From the human T2T-CHM13v2.0 reference genome, Homo sapiens: 64,000 bases of DNA. The DNA lies in assembly GCF_009914755.1 (NCBI RefSeq), contig NC_060937.1. One strand, 5' to 3'. This document shows, in pieces, positions 25,854 to 39,438 of this stretch; positions within the stretch are counted from its first letter, which is position 1; every line of letters begins with the position of its first letter. The position numbers and the translations under genes were made by a program. The notes beneath the pieces are model-generated. The model searched no databases. It was not told the DNA's origin and saw only the letters and a list, made by a program, of their open reading frames with translations.

Positions 25854-27207
25854 TGAGTTATTCAATTCTTCATTCCACAAGTACCATTATGTCATCAGGG
25901 GAAGATATGGATATTGCTGTAAGCATATTACAATTGTCCTGGAATAATATAATGAACAAAGTATTTGGGATGGAGGCAAAATATTTTATACTGGGGATAA
26001 TCTAAGAAAAAAATCAACATCATGGGATTGTTTAAATTTTAGCAGTAAAATTGTGGATATTTATAAATCATTCATGTGTTTCTTGTTTAGATTACATGAC
26101 ATAACATTACATTTTTTAGTGATTCCAGAAAGACTATGGTGAAAATGGGTGAGAGAGGCTGCAAGGGGAAATCAGAAGCATATACTTGCCCAGACTGTAC
26201 AGCAAACAGATATATAAATATCTATTATCTAATGTAATTGTTAGTTTTGACTCAGAATAGAAATCATGGGTAGTGATTCAAATGTGAGAATTGTGGAATT
26301 CACCATTCTTTGTTTGCCCAGAGGTATTTGTTCCAACATTGTTCATAATAAAACGTTAGGGTGGGAAACATTAATCCCTAAAGACACAGACCCACAGCTA
26401 CACTTCTTACATCATATGACACAATCCAGACTAATATAATAATCTCTGTTGGAACTTGGGGCACAAAGGTGGTAAATCATTCCCTTCGCTTCTTAGAAAA
26501 ACAAAATGAAGTTTCTGTTGCTGCAATCCGAGATCTTCTATTTCCACAAAATATGTAAAATTCTTGTGACTAAGCTCTTCCTTTAATTCTGTAAACTGTT
26601 TTCTTTTCTTTTTGCTAGTCATTTTTGCTTTCTTCAGCTGGGAAATAGAAAACTCAATAAATTATTGAAATTGGTTTCAAAGTGCAGGCAGTAGGTGTTA
26701 TTCTCTCTGGAATATATGATACATTTGGAATTAAATATTGAGTTGCATTTCAGTGAATGGCAATGAACCATGGTTTAAGGAAGCTGATCTGACATTATTA
26801 AATAAAACTTATTGAGAAATATACAAGCTCAAATATCAAGTGAGGACTCTGGCTCCAGGTTAAAAGTATATTTGTGATTTTTGAGGCCCAAACACAGGCA
26901 ATAACAAAGGCTTTAACTGGCAGGCCTCACAGGGAGAGCTGGCTTCCTCACACCAGGGGAGCTGACATGCAGCCAGCTTATTGCAGTCTCTGATGGGAGT
27001 TGCAGCCAAAGACTCAGCCACTCCCTCGCCTCCTCCCCTCTGCAAGTCATGGTCTTCCCATATTTGCATTGCTAGCTTGATGCCTCATTCCTCGGACTAG
27101 ATTCCTTCATATTTGAGGTCTTAGGTAGACATCTTCCCAATGAAAGCAGAATGTATTCTTTGAACTTCATGGATGGCTATAGATGAATTGTGTTTTGTAA
27201 GTGTATA

Positions 27208-27255
27208 TGTACATGTCCTAAACATACACACTGTACATGTCCTAAACATACACAC
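27208..27255. repeat. Perfect 24-bp tandem duplication
   Basis: tgtacatgtcctaaacatacacac x2. Confidence 0.95.
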
Positions 27256-27602
27256 TCTACTTACAATGGGATTACATCTTGATAAGTTGAAAGTATTGTA
27301 AGTTGAAAATGCATTTAATACACCTAACCTACTGAACATCATAGCTTAGCTTACCTTGCCTTAAGCATGCTCAGAATACTTTCCTTAGCCCTGAGTTGGG
27401 CAAAATCATCTAATACAAAACCTATTTCATAATAAAATGTTGACTCTCTCATGAAATTTATTAAATACTGTACTGAACGTGAGAAACAAACTGGTAGTTT
27501 GGGTATTCAAAGCACAGTTTCCACTGAATGCACATCACTTTCACTCCATTGTAAAGTTAAAAAATAGGAAATAGAACCATTGTATCTCAAGGACCATCTG
27601 TA
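27256..27602 (+). mobile_element. MER47A (TcMar-Tigger)
   Basis: acttacaatgggattacatc...aatgcatttaatacacctaacctactgaacatcatagcttagc...gaccatctg followed by ta. Confidence 0.9.
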
Positions 27603-27899
27603 TACACCCCCCCACACACGCACACACCACAAATAAAATTATGCACAAAAAAAACCAGGAAGAAAACCTCTTACTTGGGACCAATATGAAATTGTAAAAT
27701 AGTTCTGGAAGTTAAAATTACTTGTACATAATTACTATATACTTCTGCTGCATGACCTTTCACACTTTCAGGGATGAGACACTCATTCACAAAAGTTCTG
27801 GAGTTATGGTGAATATGCTCTCAGCTTAGTCTGAGAGTCAAAAAGAGAGAGAGCTGCTTCACGTGATGTCATCCTTCTCCAGGGCTGCCAACATGTAAT

Positions 27900-28620
27900 A
27901 ATGGGTCAATACAGGTTTATACAGGCCCAGGCTAACTGCCTCAAGGCAGGACTGCTGCAACTGCATTGTAGTTTTCTCACTCTGTCCAATTCTACTCCCA
28001 GCAATGACTATAATTTTCTAATATCAAGGAACTACCCAATAAACTTTCTGGAGGCAAATCATCTCGGAGACTCAGATCCAAGACAATTGTTGCCAGGAGT
28101 GGTTTGAGGAAGCAGTCTAAAGAATGGAGTTTGGGAACTAGGACACCTACTGGCTGGCTGTATCAATGGTAGATAGATCTTGAAAAGTTCAAGGCATGTT
28201 GTCATGGTACAATTTTTTTATTGGGACATCAGAGGAAGGGAATACATTGACAGTTACAATAATCCAAGCATTTGATTGGAAAAAACAAATTTTTGCAAAG
28301 TAGTAGTTGTAAGGATTATGCAATTGTACAATTGCTGCTGGGGTAAATTTACATACTGGAGAAAAACAATGAGATCTTATTCAACAATAATTGAAAGTGA
28401 AGTGTGAAAGAGCTACAGCTTCCTTCACTGTCATCCCCTGCAATCAGAGGGCAGAAGATCAGGTCCAGAATCTATTTTAATGATAAATTACTTAATAGGT
28501 AAAATGTACATTATTCAAGTGACGGCTACACTAAAAGCCCAGACTCAAAAAAATAAAAAATAAAAAAAGTTAGGAAAGCTCTAAATAGATTGAAATTTCA
28601 ACATTGGAAACTCTGCTGTT
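27900..28620 (+). mobile_element. Possible ancient ERVL/MaLR LTR plus internal remnant
   Basis: aataaa at ~28038, then gacaattgttgccaggagtggtttgaggaagcag, resembling an LTR-internal junction. Confidence 0.35.
28481..28568 (+). mobile_element. Tiny L1PB-like 3' UTR fragment with A-rich tail
   Basis: aaattacttaataggtaaaatgtacattattcaagtgacggctacactaaaagcccagact followed by an A-rich run. Confidence 0.8.
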
Positions 28621-28661
28621 GTAGTTAGAGATCTGATTGGATGGGTTAAGTAATATCTATC

Positions 28662-28665
<4 letters not shown>

Positions 28666-28710
<45 letters not shown>
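28666..28710. repeat. (TC)n microsatellite
   Basis: Read directly. Confidence 0.95.
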
Positions 28711-29354
28711 GCTCTCCCCCTCTATCTCCTCCTCAGACAGAGAGGTGTTAACATAGATGTGTGGCCATGTCATTTAAGTTAAACAACCATGCTTTAGTCA
28801 CAACTGCATGTACTCTTTCATACTTATCACTTCATCAGTTTTTGAGCAGTTGGAAGGCTGCATGCCATGGCACATTGAAACACAGCTACTTCTGAGTACT
28901 CGTGTGTTCTCTAAATTATATAGTATGGCTTCTATCTATGTACTCTCCAAATTAGGGAGTAAACGATAGATACATGCTAATTTTTATCAGATAAATATTT
29001 CTCTAGAACAATGGACAAAAAAATGTGTGCTGAGGACAGAGCCCAGAAAGCTCAGAGGCAGTGGTTCCCCAAATCATGAAAACCATTTCTGAAATATTAA
29101 TACAAGTCTAGGTGAAACAAGCTTGAAAGCATGCCATGCCCTCAAATTAAATCCACCTGTCTCCATCCATTTTAGGTATAACTTTTATAACCAGACTTTT
29201 TCTATGTTTCAATACCAAATATTTCTATTTGTAATAAGAGAATTAAATTTTCATAACTATTTTACTTACTAATATTGATTCACTCTTTGAAAAGAATATT
29301 TTTAAACACTATGTGTCTGAGTTTTACTATTTTCTGTCTTTTCTTAGTCTGGTT

Positions 29355-29490
29355 GGAGCTTGAGCTCTGGAGTCAGACTGCATGAATTCAAAAGATAGCT
29401 CGACTGCTTTTAATAATTGTGTGGGGAAGAGATACCTATGCTCTCTGCATTTCATTTTCCCTATGCATAAAGTGGGGATAATAAAATGCA
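29355..29490 (+). mobile_element. MIR
   Basis: gctctggagtcagactgcatgaattcaaa...ttttccctatgcataaagtggggataataa. Confidence 0.75.
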
Positions 29491-30423
29491 TCTGTGGAAA
29501 CTCTATAATTCATAGTGGAAGTACAGCAAACTTTTTCATATACTTCTGTGAATTTAAGAAGCAATATAAGGAAATTACAGATTTTCATTTTTATTTTGCT
29601 ATGGGAAAACCATAAATAAATGTTTATATTTGTTATATGGAAACATAATCCAACAAATAGAACATTATTCTCTTTTAAAAAGCCATTATTTTGTTTACCT
29701 TTTCTTCGGAGGTAGTAGATACTTAAATGTTTTCTAATAGCATATGTTTAGTATCGTTTTCAAATTTCCAGTTATGAGAACAACTTGTAGTCCTTTTAAA
29801 GACATTCTGCCTACAACTAACAATGGTTGTAAAAGCTGTGTTTATATTTAGTTAGGATAGGATTGAAATACCAGATTCATCAATTCCAAACTAAGATGCT
29901 TTGGGCAAAGTTTCATAAACATTTTAAGCATCGATATTTTTTCTTTCCTTTGAATTTTCTTTATTCATTGATATTTTGTCTTTTTTTTCTATTTTCACAG
30001 TTAAAATACACAAAAAGACACAACTCATTGAGCTACTTGTAGGAGTAGTAAAAATTTTACAAATATCAGTTATAGTGCTTGACATGTAGTAAATAGTCAA
30101 AATATTGGATGCTAATATCCTAGATAACTATTTTCATGGATAAAATTAGTAGGTCAGTTGTGTTCTGTCAAAATTTCTAACATAGCTCTATTGTTTCTAT
30201 GTGCTTAATTTTGAAAACCAGGTTTTGATGACAGTCCATTTTTGTATTATTATCTTTGATATTTTCCTTTCCAAATCTGAATGTCTTATTCATCTTTATT
30301 TTTTTCTGTATCAATTGTCAATATATTTCTTTTTATCATTTTTCTGATGATCAGTCAGTCCTTTCCATGATACATTCATCTTTATAGATTATGATAAGTA
30401 CATATCGGAAAGGGAATTTGATA

Positions 30424-31292
30424 TGTTATTTAAAGGAAAATCAAACTATTTTTCCTCTATATTCACATTCAACACAGAACACTTCTAACAACAGATATGC
30501 AAGTTTTTCCCACACTAACCAATTCTCCAACACCAGCTTGGTGTCCCACACATCACTTCAATTCCAACACTATATACATGGAGTTAGCAGCAGATCCCAG
30601 AAGTTAAGGATTCAGTCTTAACAAGACTTTCCCCACTTCAGATGACAATTGGAAGTCCAGACCTTCTGTAGTTCTGACCAAGGGCTCCCACAACTCTCTT
30701 GTAAGCTTTTATAATTTGCTAGAATGGCTCGCAGAACTGAAGAAAACAATTTACTTATCATTTACCAGTTGATTAAAAAGGATATGATAAAATATGCAGA
30801 TACACAACCAGATGTGGAGGTACATATGATGAGGTCAGTAGGGTCCTGAGCACAACAGCTTCTGTTGCTGTAGAGGTGGGGTGTACCCCCTCCCGGCACA
30901 TGGAGCAACAGCTTCTGTTGCTGTAGAGGTGGGGTGCACCACCCTCCCAGCACATGGATGTACTCAGTGACCTGGAAGCTCAGCCAGTATCATAGTTCAA
31001 AAATTTTTATAGAGCTTTCCTATTTTGCACACCACCCTTTTCCTGGAGGTCAGTAAGTGAGGCTGAAAGTTCCAACACTCTCACCACTTGGTCTTTCTGG
31101 TGAGCAGTCCCATCCTGAGGCTATCATGGGGCCCTAACCTAATTCATTTCATTAGCATAAACTTAGGTGTGATTAAAAGATGCTAGTTAAGAATAACCAC
31201 AGACACTCCTATTACTCAGGAAATTCCAAGGGCTTTAGGAAGTTTGTGCCAGGAACCTAGGGACAAAAGCTAAATTATTTCTTAATATACCA
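30424..31292. mobile_element. MER21-family solo LTR with an internal tandem duplication
   Basis: tcaacacagaacacttct...ccaattctccaacaccagcttggtgtcc...ttgctagaatggctcgcagaact...ctcaggaaattccaagggctttagga. Confidence 0.85.
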
Positions 31293-32132
31293 AAGACTAA
31301 CTTGTAGGAGAGTTTCCTACAGATTTAAGACTCTTTGAAGTTTAAAAGTCTTCAAAGAGTTATTTAAAGAGTTATCAATCATATGATGCCAGTTTGCATT
31401 AAAAAGCAGTGTATATAAACAATTTTCATCAAGCATGCATTCTTGATGAAATCATTTCCTCCCCCAAAGATTTGTACATTTATTATATTTATATTCCAGA
31501 AGATGTAATGTTAGGTTCAGTGTCCCCTTCCCTTTATTTGTTGTCATTTATACATTTTTACATGAAAAGCAAGTATATTTTGGAATATATACTATTTTCC
31601 AATCACTGCACTATGTGCTATTATTTTCTTTCAGTTGTAGGAACAGAATCAATAACAAATAGAAGATGCTGAGAGGAGTAAACTCTGTATGATTGCATCC
31701 CAGCACCACAGCAACAGGTAAACAGGTTTTTAATTTTCCATTTGATTCAGATGTTAAGTTTCTCTTCTAGAAAAGTGTTTCCAGTTCTATAATTTTGATT
31801 ATTATAGATAAAAGCCAATGTGCACAATTTATTCATTTACATATGGCATCTTTTAAGAAAGCTAATGGTCACATATATGTCTACGCATGTTATAGACTAT
31901 TTACTTTTAGAGATTGTAAATTGTAAGTTAAAATTAGAAAAGAAAAATAGAATATAAATTATATTGCCTAAAATTACCTTATAATTTCATTCATTTAATG
32001 TATATATTACTGAAAATAAGGCAAATATATTAAAGTATTCTTTTTCTTTTTCTCTCTTTCTTTCTTGCTGTCCTTCTTTTCTTGGTTTTCTGAGATGGTC
32101 AAGTTCTAGAATAATTTTTAAAATGTATTCAT

Positions 32133-32240
32133 TTAGGTTATATATATATATATATACACACATATCAAATATTATATATGTGTGTATATGTATATAACCT
32201 AAGTGTATACATATATATAAACTAAATATACATATATATA
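32133..32240. repeat. (TA)n tract forming a hairpin
   Basis: ttaggtta(ta)n cacacatat ... atatgtgtgtatatgtatataacctaa. Confidence 0.85.
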
Positions 32241-32607
32241 ACTTGATTATCACATCATTGACTTTAGCTTTTTGACTGTAGTCTGTCAAATGCAATCATA
32301 ACAGCAAATTCCTCTATATCTGATCTGTGTTTACTAGGTTTCTTTTGGCACTAGCATTATATGATGCTTCTATAACTCTTGATTAGTATTGACTTGTCCC
32401 TGAGTTGTGTGATAAATTCTGTGAGCTTCCAGGGCTGTACACTTCATTTTAATCATGGCCTGGCATTAATCTTTATGAGTGATAAAAATGTGTGCTCTTG
32501 GAAAGTAAATTGATTTGAATGCATGCCAACTATTAGGTACTACACAAAATACTTAAAATCTCCAGCTAGTGTTTTTGAGATTTGACGTTATTTTTAAACA
32601 TATATAC

Positions 32608-32977
32608 CGATATGGTTTAGCTCTGTCCCCACCTACATCTCATCTTGAATTGTAGTTCTCATCATCCCCACATGTGATGGAGGGACCTGGTAGGAGGTAG
32701 TTGAATCATGGGGGCGATTACCTCCAGGTTGTTCTCGTGATAGTGAGTGTTCTCACAAAATCTAATGGTTTTATAAGGAGCTCTTCTCCCCCTTCACACT
32801 ATACTTCTTGCTGCTGCCATGTGAAGAAGGACATATTTGCTTCCCCTTCCACCGTGACTGTAAGTTTCCTGCGGTCTACCCAGCCACACTGAACTGAGTC
32901 AGTTAAACCACTTTCCTTTATAAATTACCAAATCTCATGCATGTATTTTATTAGGAACATGAGAACAGACTAATACA
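32608..32977 (+). mobile_element. THE1 (C/D-like) solo LTR
   Basis: gatatggtttagctctgtccccacc...gagaacagactaataca. Confidence 0.92.
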
Positions 32978-34489
32978 CATAAGTTGCTGTTTTAAGACAT
33001 TTTTAACACTAATAAAAGTGATGTTAAATGAGTTTAAATTAACTTTTTAGGTTGAGAAGTGACATATTTTTTATATGAGAGGACACATTGTCATGCATAA
33101 GTAAGTGTTTAAATAAGGCTTGGGTTGACATTTTATATTTTGGGCAGACTTTGAATTGAAACTTTACTTTCCATAACACTGAGACACTCTATAGAGAAGG
33201 TTATATAGTTAATGGTAAGTGCTTTTTTAATATCCAGGTAAACATTGAAGAAGAAATATAATTGTAATTTGCCGAAATGAAAGTTTCTTTTAACTCTTAG
33301 TTCTTTAGCATTTCTAGTTCTTTTTTTTTAAAAAAAAAACTTTTTTAGTTCATTAGCTTTTTTAGTTCTCTTTTAAAAACAAACTTAAAGAAGAGGGAAT
33401 AGGTGATTTAAAAAACTGCGTTTTTTTGTAAAAACCCCAAACCACAAAACTAACGATGAATAATATGATGGCTTATGAATAAAACAATTTCTCCTCTAAC
33501 AAGAAATTCATAGTATGGTAGTCTGGAGCAGATTTAGCATTTTTGATGGTATTAGATTTAGAGATCCAGTGTCACATTCTTTTTCTCAGACATCCTTTGT
33601 GAAGCTAGTGGCCTTGGCTTCACAAAATACTGACTAACAAGTACCAGGCCAAGGTTGCAAGCAAAAATTAGGGAAGGCTAAAGGGCAAAAAAAACCCTTA
33701 CACCAGTGAGCCCACTTACATAAAGCTTCATCATAAACACCAAGGAGCCTGCAATATTGCAGCAACCTTAATAAGAAGAGGTCCCAGTCGGGTAGTCTGA
33801 GCTCTAACTTTAAAGTATGTTTAAATTGAGGAGCATGAGAAGTTATTATTTTTTAAATGTGTAAATTTACATTACACAAATATCCCTATCATTTAAGTGT
33901 CAAGAATAATTACACATTTAGTTATTTAATATAAAAGGATTATTACCAGTAATTCTAATGTCAGTTTTTGTGTGTGTATTCATATATATAGGTCCTGCAA
34001 ATTTTATAGACCTATATGATTTCATGAATTTGCTTACATTGCTTAACAGTGCAACAATAATTTTTAAAGGTAGGGTTACAGGCCAAGTGTAGGATTTAAC
34101 ACAAAAACAAGTACAATCAATAAAGATTCACTAATAGGTATAATAATGTCTGTGCAGTATGTGAAAAATTTTTTCCCTCATACTCTCTCTTCTATAAAAT
34201 CTCACTTGCTCTCAGAATAAAACTCTATCAGCATTGTTATCTTGATTTCACAGAAGTTTTATTATTAGCAACCAGCAAATAACCTCAGTTAAGTCAAGGC
34301 CTTCGTAGACATATTCTTATAAAGTAATAATTGTTAAAGAGTATTTTAATAGTAATTTCAAATAGTAATTCATAAAGAGAGAAAGTAAGGAAAGAAAAAA
34401 GAAAGGGAGAAAGACAGACAAGCAGGCTGGAGGGGCTGAATAGAGGGAGGAAGAAGACAAGAAGATAGATTCATTAATATTTCTTTTTG

Positions 34490-35050
34490 CAAAATATTTT
34501 TGAGCTCTAATATTAGCCAGGTGCATATCTGTGTAATATGGTTCTGGCTGTAAGAATTATTTTTAAGTATTAGAATTAATGAAGTTAGCATTCAAATGAA
34601 TTGAGAAAATGAACAAAGAAGCCAATAAATGCATGAGATATCAGAAGTTGATAGTACAATAAGGAAAAAACTCAAGGTAAGGAAACAGTGGTAGAATTTT
34701 TCTTTTTCTTTTTTTTCAAAGGGAGCATGTGATACATTTTCTGATAATCTGAAAATTAGTGTAGAAGAGAAAATAGTGCTGGAGTAAAACAGTAGGTATT
34801 TGGGGGAGGAGCAGCTGCAAAGTCTCTGTGATGAAAATATATTCCCAGAACAGTACAGCGGGAGGGTTGGTGGAGCTATTGGAGGAAGACAGATAGGTAG
34901 GGAGAAGGAGTAAAAATGAAGGCCAGAGGAGGGAGCAGAGTTCACACAGGCCACAGTCACATTTCTGGATTTTAATGTGGGTCAAATATGGAGTAAATCA
35001 TGGTATTTGAGCTGCCATGACCTGTCTCTCTTTCTGATAGCTCTACGGAG
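34490..35050 (-). mobile_element. L2 fragments
   Basis: aaatattttttgagctctaatattagccaggtgc; aatattcccagaacagtacagc...gggcagagttcacacaggcc. Confidence 0.5.
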
Positions 35051-35654
35051 AAGAAAGTGAAGAGGAGAATTCTACATTTATATTTATTTTTTTACCATTT
35101 TTCTGTGTGCTATTTATCACCATTTTAAATTTTTTGCTTATGTCTATATCTTGTGTCTATTAACATGTAATAAATATTAAAGCAGTTTATTTACACATAT
35201 GTGTACAAATACACACACATCCACATTGATATTAACAATTTCTTCTTGTCTGTTTCTGGGATTTAAAAGTTTTAAAAAATACTTATTATTTTTATTCACA
35301 AATGTTTCCTTCTAGTTTGTCTTATATATTGTCATTACATGCTAATTCAATTTTGGATAGATAATTTAAGACTGTACGTTAAGCATATTTCTCTCTTTAA
35401 AATAATTCAATTTTAGAATCATATTAAACTACACAGATATATCATTAATGATAATATACTATAACTTACAAATTTTGGTGTCAAAGTTACAAGCTTTCTT
35501 TTATTCTATATATTTTCTTGTACAGTTTTATTTTCTGTTTCTATAGTATATATTTTATTACTTTTCAGTATACATAATTAGCATGCTTTGCATCTTTGCT
35601 TACTTTTAAAAGACAATTATCATTAAGCGATAATCATTAATGCTTCTCAGATTA

Positions 35655-36500
35655 ATTATGTAGTCCTGCTGACTCTTCTGCTTCCAAACAGATAGCTCTT
35701 TCTAGTATATTTTTGTTTGGAAGGCCCATATGATAAGTTCTATTCAATAAGATGTGAGCAGAAATTTCACATCGCTTCATATCGATACCAATACGAATGC
35801 TGGTATTATGTTATCCAGAAGTCTCTATTTTCTTCTGTCATGGCAACCAGCAATGTTTATGATAGTTCCTATGATACTGATGTGAACTGTGAAGTTCTAC
35901 AGTGAATATTTCCCCATCCTCTCAGTCAGCCCTACAGGGTCATAACTATGAGTTGTAAATTATCCATTGTTGTTTTAAACCATCAAATATTTGAGTATGT
36001 AGCGTCATCAATTTCCTTGTGAATAGTATAAAAATTGCTACCTAGAGTCAGGATGCATCTATAAGAACAATCATAAAATATGAGTCACTTTCAGATGAGA
36101 AATTTGTTGGAAAAAAGAAAATTATTATAAGAGGACACATGATTTCCACTATAAGGAAGCAAAATATGTAGTACTCAGATAAGATATTAAAAAAACTGAA
36201 TTTTACTGTTATGGGTTGGCTCCACTTGTCTGTGTTTGAAAAGGTATTATAAGAAAGATAAGATTGAGAAATGGTTAGCTAATTTGCAATTAGAAATGGA
36301 AAGAAATAGAAGTACTTCACAAATTTAGTAATTTGTATGGCATGAATAAATTATTGCTTCTCAATCCCAAACAGTCATCCAATTAGCAAAGTCTTTCATC
36401 AACAAGGCAGATTAAAACTCAGCTTGCAGCTAAGGTAAAATAGTGGGGTATGGCTGTCACATCCATAACTAGCAACCAAGAAAAGAGATTCAATCATTAC
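35655..36500 (+). mobile_element. Old MLT1 (J/K-like) LTR plus start of internal region
   Basis: gcccatatgataagttctattcaataagatgtgagcagaa; ttgttgttttaaaccatcaaatatttg; aaaattgctacctagagt. Confidence 0.5.
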
Positions 36501-36588
36501 CAAGCAAAGCCCTTTAATTGAACTGAAGACTCAAAGCAAATTTGCTAAGTGTTTTGTGATTCCACAGAAGCCTGCTAGGCTTAAATTA

Positions 36589-36876
<288 letters not shown>

Positions 36877-37549
36877 TTATAGCAAATAGAATAAGTGACT
36901 GCCATAGATTTCTTCAATAATGTGCACATTTTTGTGTGTACAAATAATTTTCTTAAAGTAGGGTTTAAATTATGGGGCAAATAATTTTGCCGGATTGGCT
37001 TTTATCTAAATAAAATAAACAATTAGGAGGTAGGTAATACACAAAACTATAGGTATAAACCTGAAAGTTTAAGAATATTTTCAATTATTTTAAATTTCTG
37101 GTTGAAACATCCATTACTTTCAGGATTTAAAAAAATATGTCTTTTTACTGTATTCCACAGTTACTCTCACTATGATTTCTGCCTAACTTTAATATTTTAT
37201 TAAAGTCTTATTTTCCTGGGCACATCATTATTTTGCTTAGAGAATGTTTAATCGTTAACTTTAACTCAAAGAACCTAACAAGATCTTTAATTAACATTTT
37301 GAGCAAGGTCACTATGTATAGCCCAAATGAACTGAAGCTTTTGCTTTAAATAATTACTTCAAGGACTGGCCTGTTTCTCAACCATGTTTCCTATAATTAT
37401 TGATTCTTTGCAGTAAGGCACTCCGGGGTCTCATGGTGAAGACTGATCTTATCTTTGCAACAGCTCTGTGATTTGCCAGTCCTCGGTTATTACATATTCT
37501 ATTATGATTGCTCTATTCTGCACTTCACAGGGTTTCAAAATTTTATACA

Positions 37550-37627
37550 ATTTTTATTTATTTATGTTTGAGACAGAGTCTTGCTCTGTCCCCCAGGCTG
37601 GAGTGTAAAGGCACGATCACGGCTCAC
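37550..37627 (-). mobile_element. Short Alu 3' fragment (~60 bp plus tail)
   Basis: tgagacagagtcttgctctgtcccccaggctggagtgtaaaggcacgatcacggctcac. Confidence 0.85.
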
Positions 37628-38887
37628 CCAATTATTTTTTAAAGTGTTGCCGTTTTCTGTTTTTCAGAGCTCTTCTAGATTTCTCCTATTTGTTTCTCAC
37701 CGTGTCTATTATTTTTATTGAGGAAAAGCAATGTAAGTGCTCACCAACTGGATCTATTCTGCTATAGAATTTTAACGACTTTGGATATTGATGCTAACAA
37801 TATTGAAATGAGTTGAAAGACCCTTTAGTGTAATTGGGCTATATTTTCCTTCACCTACCACCCAAGATAACTCACCTTCAGTTAGCTGTCTTTAGAATCT
37901 TAAAATCAAAGCTATGTGCAAGGACCTAGTGTTAGAACCTCCACATAGTGGGATAATCAAAGCAGGAAAGTTCAATTTCAAGAGATAGGACTTAAGTCTT
38001 ATTAATGTAATGGAGGTTTAAGGTGCGATGTTTTATCCTTCCTCAGATAAATCAGAATTACAATTAAAATTTTTCATTTTTTCCATCTATTTCATTTCTG
38101 GAGGATCTTAAACACTTAGTAGAGACCATATTCACTAAATCCAGATGTATAACCTCCTGAAAACTCTAAAAGTTTGAAAGATTCCCTTTTTCCCTGCATT
38201 CATGCCAATCCCCATGTGAGTGCTCTATTTCCTCCATTGTTCCCATCCCTTAATAAAACCCTGTATGTGCACGAACATTATGTTTGGCCAGTCTCTATTA
38301 ACTGCCAATAACTGGGTGAATAGGGCAAGACTTATACTGACAGATTTTTCAGAAGGACTTTATGTGTGGAGGTCTAGTTCTCCAGAAAACTTCAATTAAA
38401 AAATATGCAGACAACTATAGAAATGGCAGATATCACCATAAAGATGAAAGGCACATACGTATGTTCACCAGGGAAATAATTATAATGAAACCTCAGAATT
38501 AAATGGACAGAGAAAATAATAAGCTGAAGTTAGAGTAGTGGTGACAGGACCAAAGAATGAAATAGCAAATAAAGGAATGACCCCAGATGGTTATTCTTAC
38601 AAGTCAAGATTATAAGTCAGAGAGTTAGTACTAAGGTTGAAACAAAATTGGAATATGAAAGCCTAGTTTTGTTCAGTATCTGGACTATGAGTAAATTACT
38701 AAATGTCTCTGAATTTGTTTAAACTACAATTACAAATATTTCTAATTCAATGTTCTTTGATAAAAATCAATAAATTTTAAGAACAAGTATGTCTTGGGTA
38801 CTATGAAGGTAAAACATTTGTGAAATCCCTTGCAAAAAAATTGTTGCGTAAGAGATATGACCAATTGTTTGGATTATTTCAGTATAA

Positions 38888-39438
<551 letters not shown>

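Noticed and set aside
35440-35453. 14-bp palindrome tatcattaatgata (also an 8-bp IR near 61522)
   Set aside because: Short and AT-rich; compatible with chance
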